Shown: positions 27,268 through 36,813, counted from the stretch's first letter. The stretch is 49,133 bases of DNA from Acidilobaceae archaeon (GCA_026985385.1 JALSQM010000036.1:1-49133); one strand, 5' to 3'. Made by a program: numbers and translations. The notes: generated by a model not told the origin, from the sequence alone.

Positions 27268-27747
27268 CTACTCCTCCCTAACTATCACTTCTATGTGGCT
27301 GTGCACCCTGTTCTTGGGCGACGCCCTCCCGTAGGCTCTTGGCATCCACCTCTTCAGAGTTATGCCCTTATGCGCGGCAACGTGTATGATCCTTAGGTTC
27401 TCGATTTCTAGCCCCTTGTCCTCTGCGTTGTTTTCAACGTTATTAAGTAGTTTTAGCATGTACTTCGCTGCTTTCACCGGGTACCTCCCCACAGGCCAGC
27501 CCCACCTATCGGCTAGGCCTCTCCGGTGCGCCTGTTTCCCGTGAGCCCTCCTGAAGGGGATGGCCTCCTTCTTCTCGATCACCCTCTCGAGGAACCTCTT
27601 AGCCTCGGCTAGCCGCATGCCCTTTATTGCCTCTGCAACCTCCCTCATTACTTTAGGGTGCACGGGTACGTCCCACATCATAGCCTTAGCAATCTTGGTC
27701 TCGTCCCTGAACTTAAGCGAGTAGCTCCAGCGCGGCATGGCGGTCAC
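27268..27747 (-). CDS. rpl22: 50S ribosomal protein uL22
   Basis: AIKGMRLAEAKRFLERVIEKKEAIPFRR...HIEVIVRE. Confidence 0.92.
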   Translation of the reverse strand: MTAMPRWSYSLKFRDETKIAKAMMWDVPVHPKVMREVAEAIKGMRLAEAKRFLERVIEKKEAIPFRRAHGKQAHRRGLADRWGWPVGRYPVKAAKYMLKLLNNVENNAEDKGLEIENLRIIHVAAHKGITLKRWMPRAYGRASPKNRVHSHIEVIVREE

Positions 27748-27751
27748 ACCT

Positions 27752-28183
27752 CTACTTACCTATGTGGAGGCTGCTCCTAGTGGCCTTCAGGCCGGGCTCT
27801 CCGTGCTGCACTATCTTCGTGGTCGGACTGAACTCTCCTAGATAGTGGCCTATCATCCAAGGCGTTATCCTGACGGGGACGAACTCCTTACCGTTATATA
27901 CAGCTATGGTGAGGCCCACCATCTCGGGTAGCACTATCATGTCGCGCACATGAGTTCTTATCACCGGCGGCCTCTTCAGCTTCCCCTCCTCGAGCTTCTT
28001 CCTAACCTTCCTAACCTTTGCTAGGAGCTTCCTTTGAGCGGGGGTGAATCCCCTGAGCAGGCTCCTCCTCTGCCTGGCAGGCATTAGCTTGGCCAGGTCT
28101 TCTATGGACATCTTCATCAGCTCTTCCAGCGTATAGCCTCTGTACCTGAATCTACGCCACTCCGGCGGTATCTCAAGCGTCAC
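27752..28183 (-). CDS. rps19: 30S ribosomal protein uS19
   Basis: [49 protein letters not shown]. Confidence 0.93.
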   Translation of the reverse strand: MTLEIPPEWRRFRYRGYTLEELMKMSIEDLAKLMPARQRRSLLRGFTPAQRKLLAKVRKVRKKLEEGKLKRPPVIRTHVRDMIVLPEMVGLTIAVYNGKEFVPVRITPWMIGHYLGEFSPTTKIVQHGEPGLKATRSSLHIGK

Positions 28184-28209
28184 TCTACCGCACCCACCCG
28201 AAGCCGGGC

Positions 28210-28232
28210 AGCCCCTGAGGGGCTTTTATTGT
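28210..28232 (-). promoter_or_regulatory. AATAAAAG TATA-like box followed by a 6-bp hairpin (AGCCCC-TCA-GGGGCT), between the vWA gene and rps19
   Basis: The 54-nt gap contains an A/T box centred about 44 nt upstream of the rps19 ATG. Read on the + strand, the same element looks like a hairpin followed by TTTTATT. Its function as promoter or terminator/attenuator is unresolved. Confidence 0.25.
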
Positions 28233-28237
28233 TCCCT

Positions 28238-30220
28238 TCAGCGGAGGAGGCTCCTAAGAACCTCCCTGGCGGCCTCCCTAGGCGTGTAGGCGACCCTAAC
28301 TAGAGCGCCTACCTCCTCCATCCGAGTTCGGGTCGCGCTGTCGTGGCCTGGCGGTACTATGGCGAGCAGTTTATATCCCCTCCTAACCAGCTGGGAAGCC
28401 ACATCGACGGGGTCACCCGGTTCGATGGTCTGCTTGAGATCGGAGACTAGAACTATCCTCTTGGTCCCCCTACCCGCGGCAGCCCGTAGTGCTGAGGCTA
28501 TGTCTGTGTAGCCGGCAAACCTCACCGAGAGCAGGGTTCTCGCTAGCTCCGTGGCAGTGAAGGGGCCCTCGAGGATCCTCGGCTCGGAGGAGAATAGTGT
28601 GAGCCTCTCAATGTTGGAGGAGAAGAGGACCGCTATAGTGAGGGCCCACATGCTGTGATCCAGCATGCTACCGCTAACGTCGAGAGCCAGGCTTATCCTC
28701 CTACTCTTCAGCCTCCTCCTAAACACCAGGGGATCCGTGGCTAGCCTCCCAAGTCTGTATATGGTCCTCCTAACCTCGAGCCTGCCCGGCGGGGATAGGG
28801 AGGTCTCGTTGCGGGGTAGTAGCCTAAGGCCCTCGCGGGCGGCGAACCTATACAAAAGGGAGGCCGTGGCCCTCACTATCAGCTCTCGCTCCTCTCCGCC
28901 AACCCTGGCGTAGAGGCCTCGTAGCACCTGCAACGACCTAGTCGGGCCTAGCCTCCTCAGCGTTGAAGCTAGGTGCTCCGCATTACCTCCCCCAGTCTCC
29001 AACGCCTCGACAATAGCTAGCGCTGTTGAGGCGAGGCTCTCTATACTCGAGGAGGAGAGGGGGCCCAGCGAGTAGGCTGCATCAATCCTCCTGGCGTCCT
29101 CAATGGCTCTGAGTGCCAGGTCTTTAGCCATATCGGCTCTACCAGGCTCGCCCGTCTCGGCGAACTTCAGCGCCTCATAGAGGCCTCTCGCCGCCTTCGT
29201 TGCTGCATCGAGTAGAGCCCCCTCCACCCCCTTGAAGGGGTGTCTTCGAACCGCCCAGAGAAGGGAGGGATCCAATCCTTCAATCAGCCTCCTAGCCTCT
29301 CCGGCATCCATGATCCTCAGTGCCTTAGCTACAAGCTCTCCGCCCCTCTCCCAGCCTAGACCAGAGGCTATTTCGGCGATCTCGCGGCCACCCACTGGGA
29401 GATCCCTTACTAGAGCGGGGTCGCTGGCTATCAAGATCCTCTCGTGGGCTATACTCAGGCTTCCAGCTCTCCTAAGTATGGGGATAACCTCCTCACCATC
29501 GATGCGCTCCCCCCTAAGGATCCTCTTACCCAGCTCCTCGGCTACAGCCTTGAGGAGGCGGGAGTCCCCCTTCCTCATGGCGGCTTTACCCAGGCTCAGC
29601 AGCCTCCTCGATTCGAGGCTCCCGAGGTCGCCTTTGACGTCGAGCTTCGCCTCGGCTCTGAGCATTGAGTCGTCCTCGCTCCAAGTTGGGGCCTCCTCTA
29701 GGGCCTCGCCTATGCTCTCATAACCCATAGAGGCTATCCTCTTGGAGATTAGGGATATCTCGGCTTCACCCACAACCCTCTCCCGGCCACGTGGCCCCCT
29801 AATGACCCCCGCCTTCCTGAGTAACAGGTACGCCGCAACTCTCTCCCTCCTCCTTGGGCCGCTCAGCACCCTCTTCTTCACAACCCTATCCCCGGGCTTC
29901 AAACCGAGCTTCCTCAGGTTCTCGTCTATCTCATCCCTGATCCTCCTAGCGTTGGCGTCCAGCTTGGCGGAGACCATCAGGCCCTTGACCTCGTTTAGGA
30001 GGAGCTGTAGTTGCTGCGGCTTCAGCGCCAAGGTAGATGCAAGCACGAGTGATACCTCGTCCTCGTCAATATAGCTCCTATTCACTAGGACAGAGTAGGA
30101 GTGAAGGATCCTAGCCGCCGTCACCAGCTGGCCGGTCCCAACCTTGAGACCCCTCCTCCTAAGCGCCTCACCCAGGGATGGCAGTAGGTCTATGAGAGCC
30201 TCAACGTTGTAGCGGGGCAA
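28238..30220 (-). CDS. vWA-domain protein, CoxE-like, with a long helical N-terminal region
   Basis: The 660-aa protein has a C-terminal vWA domain with MIDAS residues (ISLALDVSGSM ... GYTDIASAL ... VLVSDL). This is preceded by the CoxE-type basic linker (RLEVRRTIYRLGR..RRRLKSRR). The first ~480 aa are Leu/Arg/Ala-rich helical sequence with no motif I recognise. Its start overlaps the MoxR gene end by 20 nt. Confidence 0.8.
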   Translation of the reverse strand: MPRYNVEALIDLLPSLGEALRRRGLKVGTGQLVTAARILHSYSVLVNRSYIDEDEVSLVLASTLALKPQQLQLLLNEVKGLMVSAKLDANARRIRDEIDENLRKLGLKPGDRVVKKRVLSGPRRRERVAAYLLLRKAGVIRGPRGRERVVGEAEISLISKRIASMGYESIGEALEEAPTWSEDDSMLRAEAKLDVKGDLGSLESRRLLSLGKAAMRKGDSRLLKAVAEELGKRILRGERIDGEEVIPILRRAGSLSIAHERILIASDPALVRDLPVGGREIAEIASGLGWERGGELVAKALRIMDAGEARRLIEGLDPSLLWAVRRHPFKGVEGALLDAATKAARGLYEALKFAETGEPGRADMAKDLALRAIEDARRIDAAYSLGPLSSSSIESLASTALAIVEALETGGGNAEHLASTLRRLGPTRSLQVLRGLYARVGGEERELIVRATASLLYRFAAREGLRLLPRNETSLSPPGRLEVRRTIYRLGRLATDPLVFRRRLKSRRISLALDVSGSMLDHSMWALTIAVLFSSNIERLTLFSSEPRILEGPFTATELARTLLSVRFAGYTDIASALRAAAGRGTKRIVLVSDLKQTIEPGDPVDVASQLVRRGYKLLAIVPPGHDSATRTRMEEVGALVRVAYTPREAAREVLRSLLR

Positions 30221-31154
30221 TGTGGAACACCTCTCCTACCACACTACTCACTATCTCCTCGTCCTCCACCCTCTTCGCTAAAACGCTTAGGGCGGCATCG
30301 TAGACATCTTGGAGGGCCACGCTGCTTCGGCCCCGGAGCCTGGCCAGCGCTTGAGCCATGCGCGCCCACGCTACAGCCTCGGCGGTGCCAGGCTTGTGTG
30401 CGAGGCCAGACTTTCTGAGCTTTGATATGGCCTCTAGTATCAGGTTCATAGCGTTGCTGTCGAGCCTGGGGTTCTCCTCGATCCTCAGCCTAATTATGCG
30501 GGCCTCCACCTCCCTGGGGGGATATGTGAAGGGTATCCTAACCACCCTCCTGAGGAAGGCATCGCTCAGATCGTTCTGCGCTATATCCTCGGGGTTACTC
30601 GTGAAGACCACTTGGAAGCCGGGGCCCCGCGCGTGGAAGACCCTCTTTAGCTCCGGCACTACTATACGCCGCTTATCCACGACGTCTAGAAGCATGTTCT
30701 GGAAGTCCTCGTTACTCCTACGTATCTCATCGACAAGAACGCCAGCGTCTAGTATTAGAGCTGCTAGAAGTGGGCGCGGTATGAATGACTCCTCGTTAAA
30801 CCCCTTCTGCATGGCTATAAGGGGGTGGAAGTCCCCTATAACCTTGTACTCGTCGTAGTTCTCGCTGCAGGGGAGGAGGAATGGCTTCCTACCAGCCCAA
30901 AGCTCTAGGAGGGCCTCGCCTATCTCCGTCTTACCCGTGCCAGGAGGCCCCTCGAAGAGGACAGGCCTGCCATTCATAAAGGCCGCGTAGGTCAGCGCAA
31001 CTATTCTCTCGTCTACTATTAGCTTGAATTCTCTCTCGAGAACCTCAACGGCTGCTCTAGGATCCCTTACCGGCCTCCTGGGCTTGGCAACGTCCGCGTA
31101 TATCTCGTGGACTTTAGCCTCGATGGGATCCCTCTCGCCCGGATTCTCCCTCAT
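30201..31154 (-). CDS. MoxR-family AAA+ ATPase (CoxD/NorQ/CbbQ-like)
   Basis: Walker A GPPGTGKT, Walker B GVLVDEIRR, sensor-1 FTSNP, and the AFLRR arginine region. At 317 aa it is a single AAA+ module. Confidence 0.85.
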   Translation of the reverse strand: MRENPGERDPIEAKVHEIYADVAKPRRPVRDPRAAVEVLEREFKLIVDERIVALTYAAFMNGRPVLFEGPPGTGKTEIGEALLELWAGRKPFLLPCSENYDEYKVIGDFHPLIAMQKGFNEESFIPRPLLAALILDAGVLVDEIRRSNEDFQNMLLDVVDKRRIVVPELKRVFHARGPGFQVVFTSNPEDIAQNDLSDAFLRRVVRIPFTYPPREVEARIIRLRIEENPRLDSNAMNLILEAISKLRKSGLAHKPGTAEAVAWARMAQALARLRGRSSVALQDVYDAALSVLAKRVEDEEIVSSVVGEVFHIAPLQR

Positions 31155-31818
31155 ACTTACCAGCTCCCATGCCTGTGAAGCGGGTGTTCAGGGAGCTTAA
31201 GCGCTCTCTTTCCACCCACTCCCCGGGCTCGTAGATCTCCCCCTCGTCGGGGGGAGAGAGGGCCTTGTCTAGTTCCTCACATACCTCCCTGAAGGGACAC
31301 CTAGAGCACCTCCCCTTACTCCTGCGGGGGTACCCTACTATGCCCCAATACTTAATTTTAACGACGTCGTCAACAGCCCTTAAGACGGCCGAGGAGATGC
31401 TCGAGTCCAGGATGTAGCGGTAACTCCTCTCGCGATACCGTATCTCCAGTATAACCTCGTTCACGTCACTATTCCGCGCCAGGATAACGCCATACGAACC
31501 GGCTTGTAGGACGTCGCTCGGCCAGGCCTCGCGGCGCGGCCCTCTACCGCTCTTCCTCTCAATGACAATGGCCTTATCACCCCTTAGAAGTACGGCGTCA
31601 GCCCTACCCCTCAAGACGACGTTGCCCAGCCGCGTCTCCATCCGATTCTCGGTAGAGTAACCCCTCAACCGGAGGGGGACAGCTAGGATGGCGTGGTAGA
31701 TCCTGCCTAGAAGTAGGCGGATGACCTCCCATGGCCCCCTTCTGCGGGGGAGGTTGTACTCGAAGAATAGAAGCCTAGGGCAGTAGCCCAGCTTGTGTAT
31801 CTCACTGGGCCATATCAC
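31114..31818 (-). CDS. Cas4-like (DUF83) PD-(D/E)xK nuclease with four cluster cysteines, not associated with CRISPR in this window
   Basis: The motifs appear in order: an N-terminal Cys ([12 protein letters not shown]), GRIYH, the RADAV aspartate, IERK (ExK), QAGSY (QxxxY), and C-terminal [10 protein letters not shown]. The start is trimmed to GTG 31818, which overlaps the ileS TGA (GTGA). The track ORF extends to 31881. Confidence 0.75.
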   Translation of the reverse strand: MIWPSEIHKLGYCPRLLFFEYNLPRRRGPWEVIRLLLGRIYHAILAVPLRLRGYSTENRMETRLGNVVLRGRADAVLLRGDKAIVIERKSGRGPRREAWPSDVLQAGSYGVILARNSDVNEVILEIRYRERSYRYILDSSISSAVLRAVDDVVKIKYWGIVGYPRRSKGRCSRCPFREVCEELDKALSPPDEGEIYEPGEWVERERLSSLNTRFTGMGAGKYEGESGREGSHRG

Positions 31819-34800
31819 GTAGTGGGGCTCTTCCCCGCCTTCACTATTCCTATCCTGAGTCGTCTCCCGTCCACCTCCCATTCCCTACTATAAGCGTTGG
31901 AGGGGGGCTCCCCGCGGTGTATCCTAATAGCCCTAGTCTCGCTTTTAATGTAGTCCTCCTTTTCACCTATCGCGCGCCCCATCTCATCGTCGCAGTCAAC
32001 CCACACCTCTATGTAATCGGTTACGCTTAGACCCGCCTCCTTTCTCATGAACTGTATCCTCCTCACCACCTCCCTGGCCAGCCCCTCTAGGATCTCCTCC
32101 TCGGTCACCCTAGTATCCACGGCTACGATGAAGTCGTCGCCCTCCTCAACGCTAAGCCACTCGGGGTACTCGGCTACAACCTTCACGTGCCTAGGCTCTA
32201 GGACTACCCTGACGCCTTTGTATTCCGCCTCGAAGCGGCCCTTCTCCATTAAAGCCCTTGCAACCTCCTCGCCACGCTCCCTCAGTAGCTCATACACCTT
32301 GGGGGAGTCCCTCTTGTATAGGGGGCCTATCTCTCTATAGTTCGGCTCGACGCGGTACACCCTAACCCTCTCCAAGGCCTCGGGCCGCAGGACCTCGATA
32401 CTCTTAGCGTTAACCTCCTCCAGTATTAGCTCCCCTAGCTCTCTGGCCGCATCCCTGACTAGGGGGCTGCTGGTGGCCACTATGATTCTAGAGACTGGCC
32501 TCCTGATCTTAAGTCCAGCCTTCATCCTAGCGGCTCTCGCGGCCTCTACTATTTCTCTAGCCTTACCCATTAACTCCTCCAGTCTTTCATCGATCAGGGT
32601 AATATCGGCTTCCGGGATATCTAGGAGGTGCACGGACTCGGGGCCCTCCTCGGCTTCCCGGAAGAGCTTCTGGTACACGTACTCTGTTAGGAACGGTATG
32701 AAGGGGGCTGCAGCCGCCAGCCACCTCCTAATGGCGTAGTATAGCGTGGCGTAAGCCGCCATCTTGTCTGGCGTCTCCTCGTCGGTCCACACCCTCCTCC
32801 TCACGAGCCTCAGGTACCACCTACTTACATCGTTAATTATGAACTCCCTCAGGAGCCTGGCAGCCTCGTGTATGAGCAGGGATGCCATGGCCTTATGGTA
32901 TTTCCGGAGGAAGTTGTTGACGCGAGAGAGGAGCCATTTATCCTCCACCCTTAGGTGCTTGGCGTACCTCTCTAGCGTGTGACGGGTGGGGTCGTAGGCG
33001 TCTAGGCCCATATACATGCTCATGAACGTGAAGACGTTCCAGATCACTGTGAAGTCCCTCCACATCCTCTCCATCTCGCGCCATGAAAAGCGCAGATCCT
33101 CCCAGACCGTGTTGCTGGTCGTCCAGAGCCTTACCACGTCGCGGGGGATCCTCTTTATCAGGTCGTCGAAGTCTATATAGTTGCCGAGGCTCTTGTGCAT
33201 CTCCCTGCCCTGCTCGTCTAAGGCGAAGCCGTGGACGAGAACCCTCCTATAGGGGGCCTCGCCGAACCCTATGACGCCGCTCCTGAGGAGGCTGAAGAAC
33301 CAGCCTCTTATCTGGTCGTGCCCCTCTACAATGAAGTCGACGGGCTTCAGCCTCTCCCAGAGATCCCTCCTCTTAGGGTAGCCGAGGCTCGCATAGAACG
33401 CTATGCCGCTGTCAAACCATACATCGGCTACATCCGGTACCCTCCTCATTACCCCTCCACACTTTGGACACCTCAACGTCACCTCGTCTACCCAGGGCCT
33501 ATGTAGCTCCCTAGGCCTCCTCCCCCCAAGCTTCTCGAGCTCATCCAAGCTACCAATAACGACCCTGTAGCCGCACCTCTCGCATACCCATATGGGCAGT
33601 GGGATCCCCCAGAACCTCTGCCTACTTATAACCCAGTCTCTGACATTCCTTAGGAGATGCATGAACCTCTCCTTAGCCCACCTAGGTACCCACTCTATCG
33701 TCTCGGCATTCCTGATAAGCTCGTCCCTAATCTTCGAAACCCTAATGACCCACTGCTTGGTAGCCCTGAGGAGGAGGGGGGTCTTGCAGCGCCAGCATAC
33801 CGGGTATCTGTGGACAACCCTTCCCTCGTGGAATAGTGCCCCACGCTCCCGGAGATCCCTTATTATCGCCTCGTTTGCCTCTGTCCTGAAGTAGAGTCCC
33901 GCATAACGGCCGGCCTCAGGCAGCATTCGGCCGTCGTCTCCCACTAGCGAAATCACGGGGACGCCAAGCCTCTTGCCGATCTCGAAATCAACGTCTCCAT
34001 GACCAGGGGCTGAGTGGACCAGGCCAGTGCCCTCGTGGGGGGTAACCGCCTCCGGGGCCATGACGACCCTATGGTACCTAGCTAGGATCCTCTGGGCATC
34101 CACTAGATCCTCTAGGGGGTGGAGGTACTCTAGGCCTTCTAGCTCCCTGCCAGGCATCTCCTCTAATATCTCGTACTCCTTGACTCCTGCCTCCCTCATA
34201 ACCTCCTCTACCCTAGCCTTAGCGAGGATTAGAACCTCGCCACCGACCCTCACCCTGACATAAGTAAGGTCTGGGTGCGCCATGACGAAAGCGTTAGCTG
34301 GGAGTGTCCAGGGTGTTGTCGTCCAGATGAGGAGGCTCTCCCCTTTCCTACCCTTCACGGGGAACTTCACGTATATGGAGGGATCCTCTAAGTCCCTGTA
34401 CTCTGAGACCTCGTAGTCGGCTAGTGTCGTCTGACACCTAGGACACCAGTGCACGACGTATACATCCTCGTCTAGAAGACCCTTCTCCCACGCTTTCTTG
34501 AAGAGCCACCAACCCGACTCTATGTATTCGTCCTTGAAGGTTACATAGGGGTTATCCCAATCCATAAACACCCCCAGCTCCTTGAACCTCTTCGTCTGCT
34601 CCCTCAGGTTCCTCTCCGCGAAGCGCTTGCACTCCTCGACAAACCGGTCTATACCGACCCTATCAGTTATCTCCCCCTTCTCCTTGATGCCGAGGCTCTT
34701 CTCTATCATAACCTCTATGGGGAGCCCGTGTGTATCGAAGCCTGGGCGATCCCATACGTTGAAGCCCATCATCCTGTAGTAGCGGAGGATAACGTCTTTT

Positions 34801-35009
34801 ATGATCTTGTTCCACGCTGTGCCCACATGTATACTGGGGGCGCTCGTGTAGGGAGGGCCGTCGAGGAAGTAGAGCTTCTTGGCGCTTCTAGATGCCTTCT
34901 CTTTAACGAGACGGTAGACGTTCCTCTCCTCCCAGAACTCCTTAACCCACTCCTCAACCGAGAATTGATCGTAGCGCTCGTTGCTGAGGGCGTCTCTCAT
35001 TGAAGGCAT
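31815..35009 (-). CDS. ileS: Isoleucyl-tRNA synthetase
   Basis: The 1064-aa class I aaRS has a HIGH-type [17 protein letters not shown], the editing-domain [11 protein letters not shown], a KMSKS-type EMHKSLGN, and Zn-knuckles (CPRCQT, CWRCKT, CERCGY, CPKCGG). Confidence 0.93.
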   Translation of the reverse strand: MPSMRDALSNERYDQFSVEEWVKEFWEERNVYRLVKEKASRSAKKLYFLDGPPYTSAPSIHVGTAWNKIIKDVILRYYRMMGFNVWDRPGFDTHGLPIEVMIEKSLGIKEKGEITDRVGIDRFVEECKRFAERNLREQTKRFKELGVFMDWDNPYVTFKDEYIESGWWLFKKAWEKGLLDEDVYVVHWCPRCQTTLADYEVSEYRDLEDPSIYVKFPVKGRKGESLLIWTTTPWTLPANAFVMAHPDLTYVRVRVGGEVLILAKARVEEVMREAGVKEYEILEEMPGRELEGLEYLHPLEDLVDAQRILARYHRVVMAPEAVTPHEGTGLVHSAPGHGDVDFEIGKRLGVPVISLVGDDGRMLPEAGRYAGLYFRTEANEAIIRDLRERGALFHEGRVVHRYPVCWRCKTPLLLRATKQWVIRVSKIRDELIRNAETIEWVPRWAKERFMHLLRNVRDWVISRQRFWGIPLPIWVCERCGYRVVIGSLDELEKLGGRRPRELHRPWVDEVTLRCPKCGGVMRRVPDVADVWFDSGIAFYASLGYPKRRDLWERLKPVDFIVEGHDQIRGWFFSLLRSGVIGFGEAPYRRVLVHGFALDEQGREMHKSLGNYIDFDDLIKRIPRDVVRLWTTSNTVWEDLRFSWREMERMWRDFTVIWNVFTFMSMYMGLDAYDPTRHTLERYAKHLRVEDKWLLSRVNNFLRKYHKAMASLLIHEAARLLREFIINDVSRWYLRLVRRRVWTDEETPDKMAAYATLYYAIRRWLAAAAPFIPFLTEYVYQKLFREAEEGPESVHLLDIPEADITLIDERLEELMGKAREIVEAARAARMKAGLKIRRPVSRIIVATSSPLVRDAARELGELILEEVNAKSIEVLRPEALERVRVYRVEPNYREIGPLYKRDSPKVYELLRERGEEVARALMEKGRFEAEYKGVRVVLEPRHVKVVAEYPEWLSVEEGDDFIVAVDTRVTEEEILEGLAREVVRRIQFMRKEAGLSVTDYIEVWVDCDDEMGRAIGEKEDYIKSETRAIRIHRGEPPSNAYSREWEVDGRRLRIGIVKAGKSPTT

Positions 35010-35308
35010 TACACCGCACCCCGCCTCCTAGGCTGGCCGTGAGAGCCCCCGGCCTAAGACCAGGTTTTTATCGCTAGACAGCATGGAAGCGCTAAGCGGG
35101 CTCTCCGGTTGCCACGCAACTTCTGATAGTGGGGCCCAGCCGTCGAAGCAGGCGCGCCAGAGGCCGCCAGTAATAAGGCTCCCCGGGGATCCCCTAATAT
35201 GCCCGACCCGTGAGAGGCGGTATCCGCGGCGGGCTACACCCCCTTAAGGCCCGCTGGGTAGGCCGCTTCGAGGGATGAGGGCCCGACGCACTGGGGGAGG
35301 GCGTAGGG

Positions 35309-35605
35309 TTGCCTCCAAGGATTACCCTCGGGTGGGATAGATGCGACCTATGCGGGCGCCACGCGCCCACCTGGAAGTGCCGCGTTGGTGGCAAAACACT
35401 TAATATATGTCTGTTCTGCGCATACACACTATCAGCGAGCTGTGAGAGTCTAACGCTCGAGCTGCCAAGGAGGGCTCCCGGCCCCGAGAAGCCCGTGTTA
35501 GAGCCCGATGAGAGGGTTCTAGAGAAGTATAGTAAGACAGTCGTAGGCCGCGGGCGGCGGGGATCCTCAAGGCGGTATAGGGGGTCTAGGAGGTCTACTC
35601 GGTGA
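35309..35605 (+). CDS. Small zinc-ribbon protein with an Arg-rich tail (hypothetical)
   Basis: The 98-aa ORF starts with TTG. CDLCGRHAPTWKCRVGGKTLNICLFC gives CxxC-x18-CxxC. Codon choice (AGG/AAG/GAG) resembles that of neighbouring genes. Its 3' end overlaps the convergent PCNA gene by 11 nt. Confidence 0.4.
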   Translation: MPPRITLGWDRCDLCGRHAPTWKCRVGGKTLNICLFCAYTLSASCESLTLELPRRAPGPEKPVLEPDERVLEKYSKTVVGRGRRGSSRRYRGSRRSTR

Positions 35606-36353
35606 GCGGGGCTATGTAGATGTACATCCTCTCGCCATTAGGGAATGTGAACTCGAGCCTCATGGGGTAATCGGTTGCGTACTCCACCCTCACTATATCA
35701 GCCGCCCCCGTAGGCTTCGTGGCTGCCTCGAGGGGGGTTCTACCGTATGATGAGACGCTGGGCTCTACAACATCTACATCGAGGAGCGGGGCGTTAGGCC
35801 TCATCTCCCAGACATACTCTTTCTCCTCTCCAGAAGCCTTCACGGTTACCACCCCCTCCTCCTTGCTCTCGAACGTCGCGCTATCCCCGACCACCTTTAC
35901 GTCCTGCACTATTATCTTGAAAATACTAGCATCCAGCGAGAACCTGGTCGTGGCATCGAAGGATGGCTCCCTAATCTCGGGGGGCTCAATGTCCAGTATT
36001 GACACGGCAAAGCTCCTAACGAGCCCGGTCTTCCTATCGCGGAGCGTCACAGAGAGCGCTAGCTCGGAGGGATCCCTCTCGAATATTATCGAATCATTCC
36101 TAGTAGCCCTCCGGATGACTTTGTTGAGCTCGTCTGTTCTCACAATAAACTTGGCCTCCTCCTCGACGTTGAACTCGCCGAAACTCATACTAGGCGCCTT
36201 CAACACGGCTAGGGTCGTCTTATCGGGACTCATCTGCCATATTATCAACTGATCACCGCTAACATAGAAGGTTGCCTCATCGCTTATCTTAGCCAGCGTC
36301 TGTGTCACGTACTTGAACTTAGTAGCCGCGTCATAGACTAAGTGAAACGTCAT
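35595..36353 (-). CDS. pcn: DNA polymerase sliding clamp (PCNA)
   Basis: The ORF is trimmed to the ATG at 36353 (MTFHLVYDAATKFKYVTQTLAKISDEATF...), giving 252 aa. It has the two-domain PCNA pattern and the C-terminal YIYIAPLTE. The upstream 74 codons of the track ORF are Ser/Leu-rich and overlap the neighbouring + gene. Confidence 0.85.
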   Translation of the reverse strand: MTFHLVYDAATKFKYVTQTLAKISDEATFYVSGDQLIIWQMSPDKTTLAVLKAPSMSFGEFNVEEEAKFIVRTDELNKVIRRATRNDSIIFERDPSELALSVTLRDRKTGLVRSFAVSILDIEPPEIREPSFDATTRFSLDASIFKIIVQDVKVVGDSATFESKEEGVVTVKASGEEKEYVWEMRPNAPLLDVDVVEPSVSSYGRTPLEAATKPTGAADIVRVEYATDYPMRLEFTFPNGERMYIYIAPLTE

Positions 36354-36429
36354 ACGGCGCACCCCTGCCCGACTCTGCTTCTTCAGCCATTTAAACGGGT
36401 CGAGGGGAGCCTTATATTGGGGTGGCCAC

Positions 36430-36813
36430 GTGGCTGGTAAGGTTAAGGTCGAGATTGACCTTGGGAAGTACATAAGCGTCGAGCTACCCGTCGACGATGC
36501 TGAGAGGCTGATAAGGAGGCTGTCAGAGAGGCTTGGATATGAGAGCCAAGATGCCAGCGAGGCCCTCAGGTACATAAGGAACTTCGATGCATTCTACGAA
36601 ATAGCGCGGAAGAAGTTTAAGGACTACCTAGTCCCCCCTAAGAGTATGAACGACATGATAAGGGGGACAGTGCTTGTTGACAGGGTGAAACTGATAAGGA
36701 ATGAGCAGAAGAAGGTGGTTATAACGTTCGATAGGAGGGTTCCCTTAGACGAGATAGTTGAGGCGTTAAAGGATATAGGGTACGAGGCGGAGGTTGTGAA
36801 GAGAGAGTTCTAG
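36430..36813 (+). CDS. Hypothetical protein (127 aa), divergent from PCNA
   Basis: A clean ORF with genome-typical codon usage and mixed alpha/beta character (…LIRNEQKKVVITFDRRVPLDEIVEALKDIGYEAEVV). I recognise no family motif. Confidence 0.5.
   Translation: MAGKVKVEIDLGKYISVELPVDDAERLIRRLSERLGYESQDASEALRYIRNFDAFYEIARKKFKDYLVPPKSMNDMIRGTVLVDRVKLIRNEQKKVVITFDRRVPLDEIVEALKDIGYEAEVVKREF

Noticed and set aside
31819-31881. The upstream start of the Cas4-like ORF, which would overlap ileS by 67 nt.
   Set aside because: The extra 21 residues ([21 protein letters not shown]) precede all conserved Cas4 motifs. A GTG at 31818 forms a classic GTGA overlap with the ileS stop. The longer form cannot be excluded without N-terminal data.
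36354-36575. The 5' extension of the PCNA ORF (74 extra codons, MYLRASLASWLSYPSLSDS...).
   Set aside because: The extension is Ser/Leu-rich, overlaps the divergent + strand gene starting at 36430, and removes any promoter space. An ATG at 36353 gives a canonical ~250-aa PCNA.
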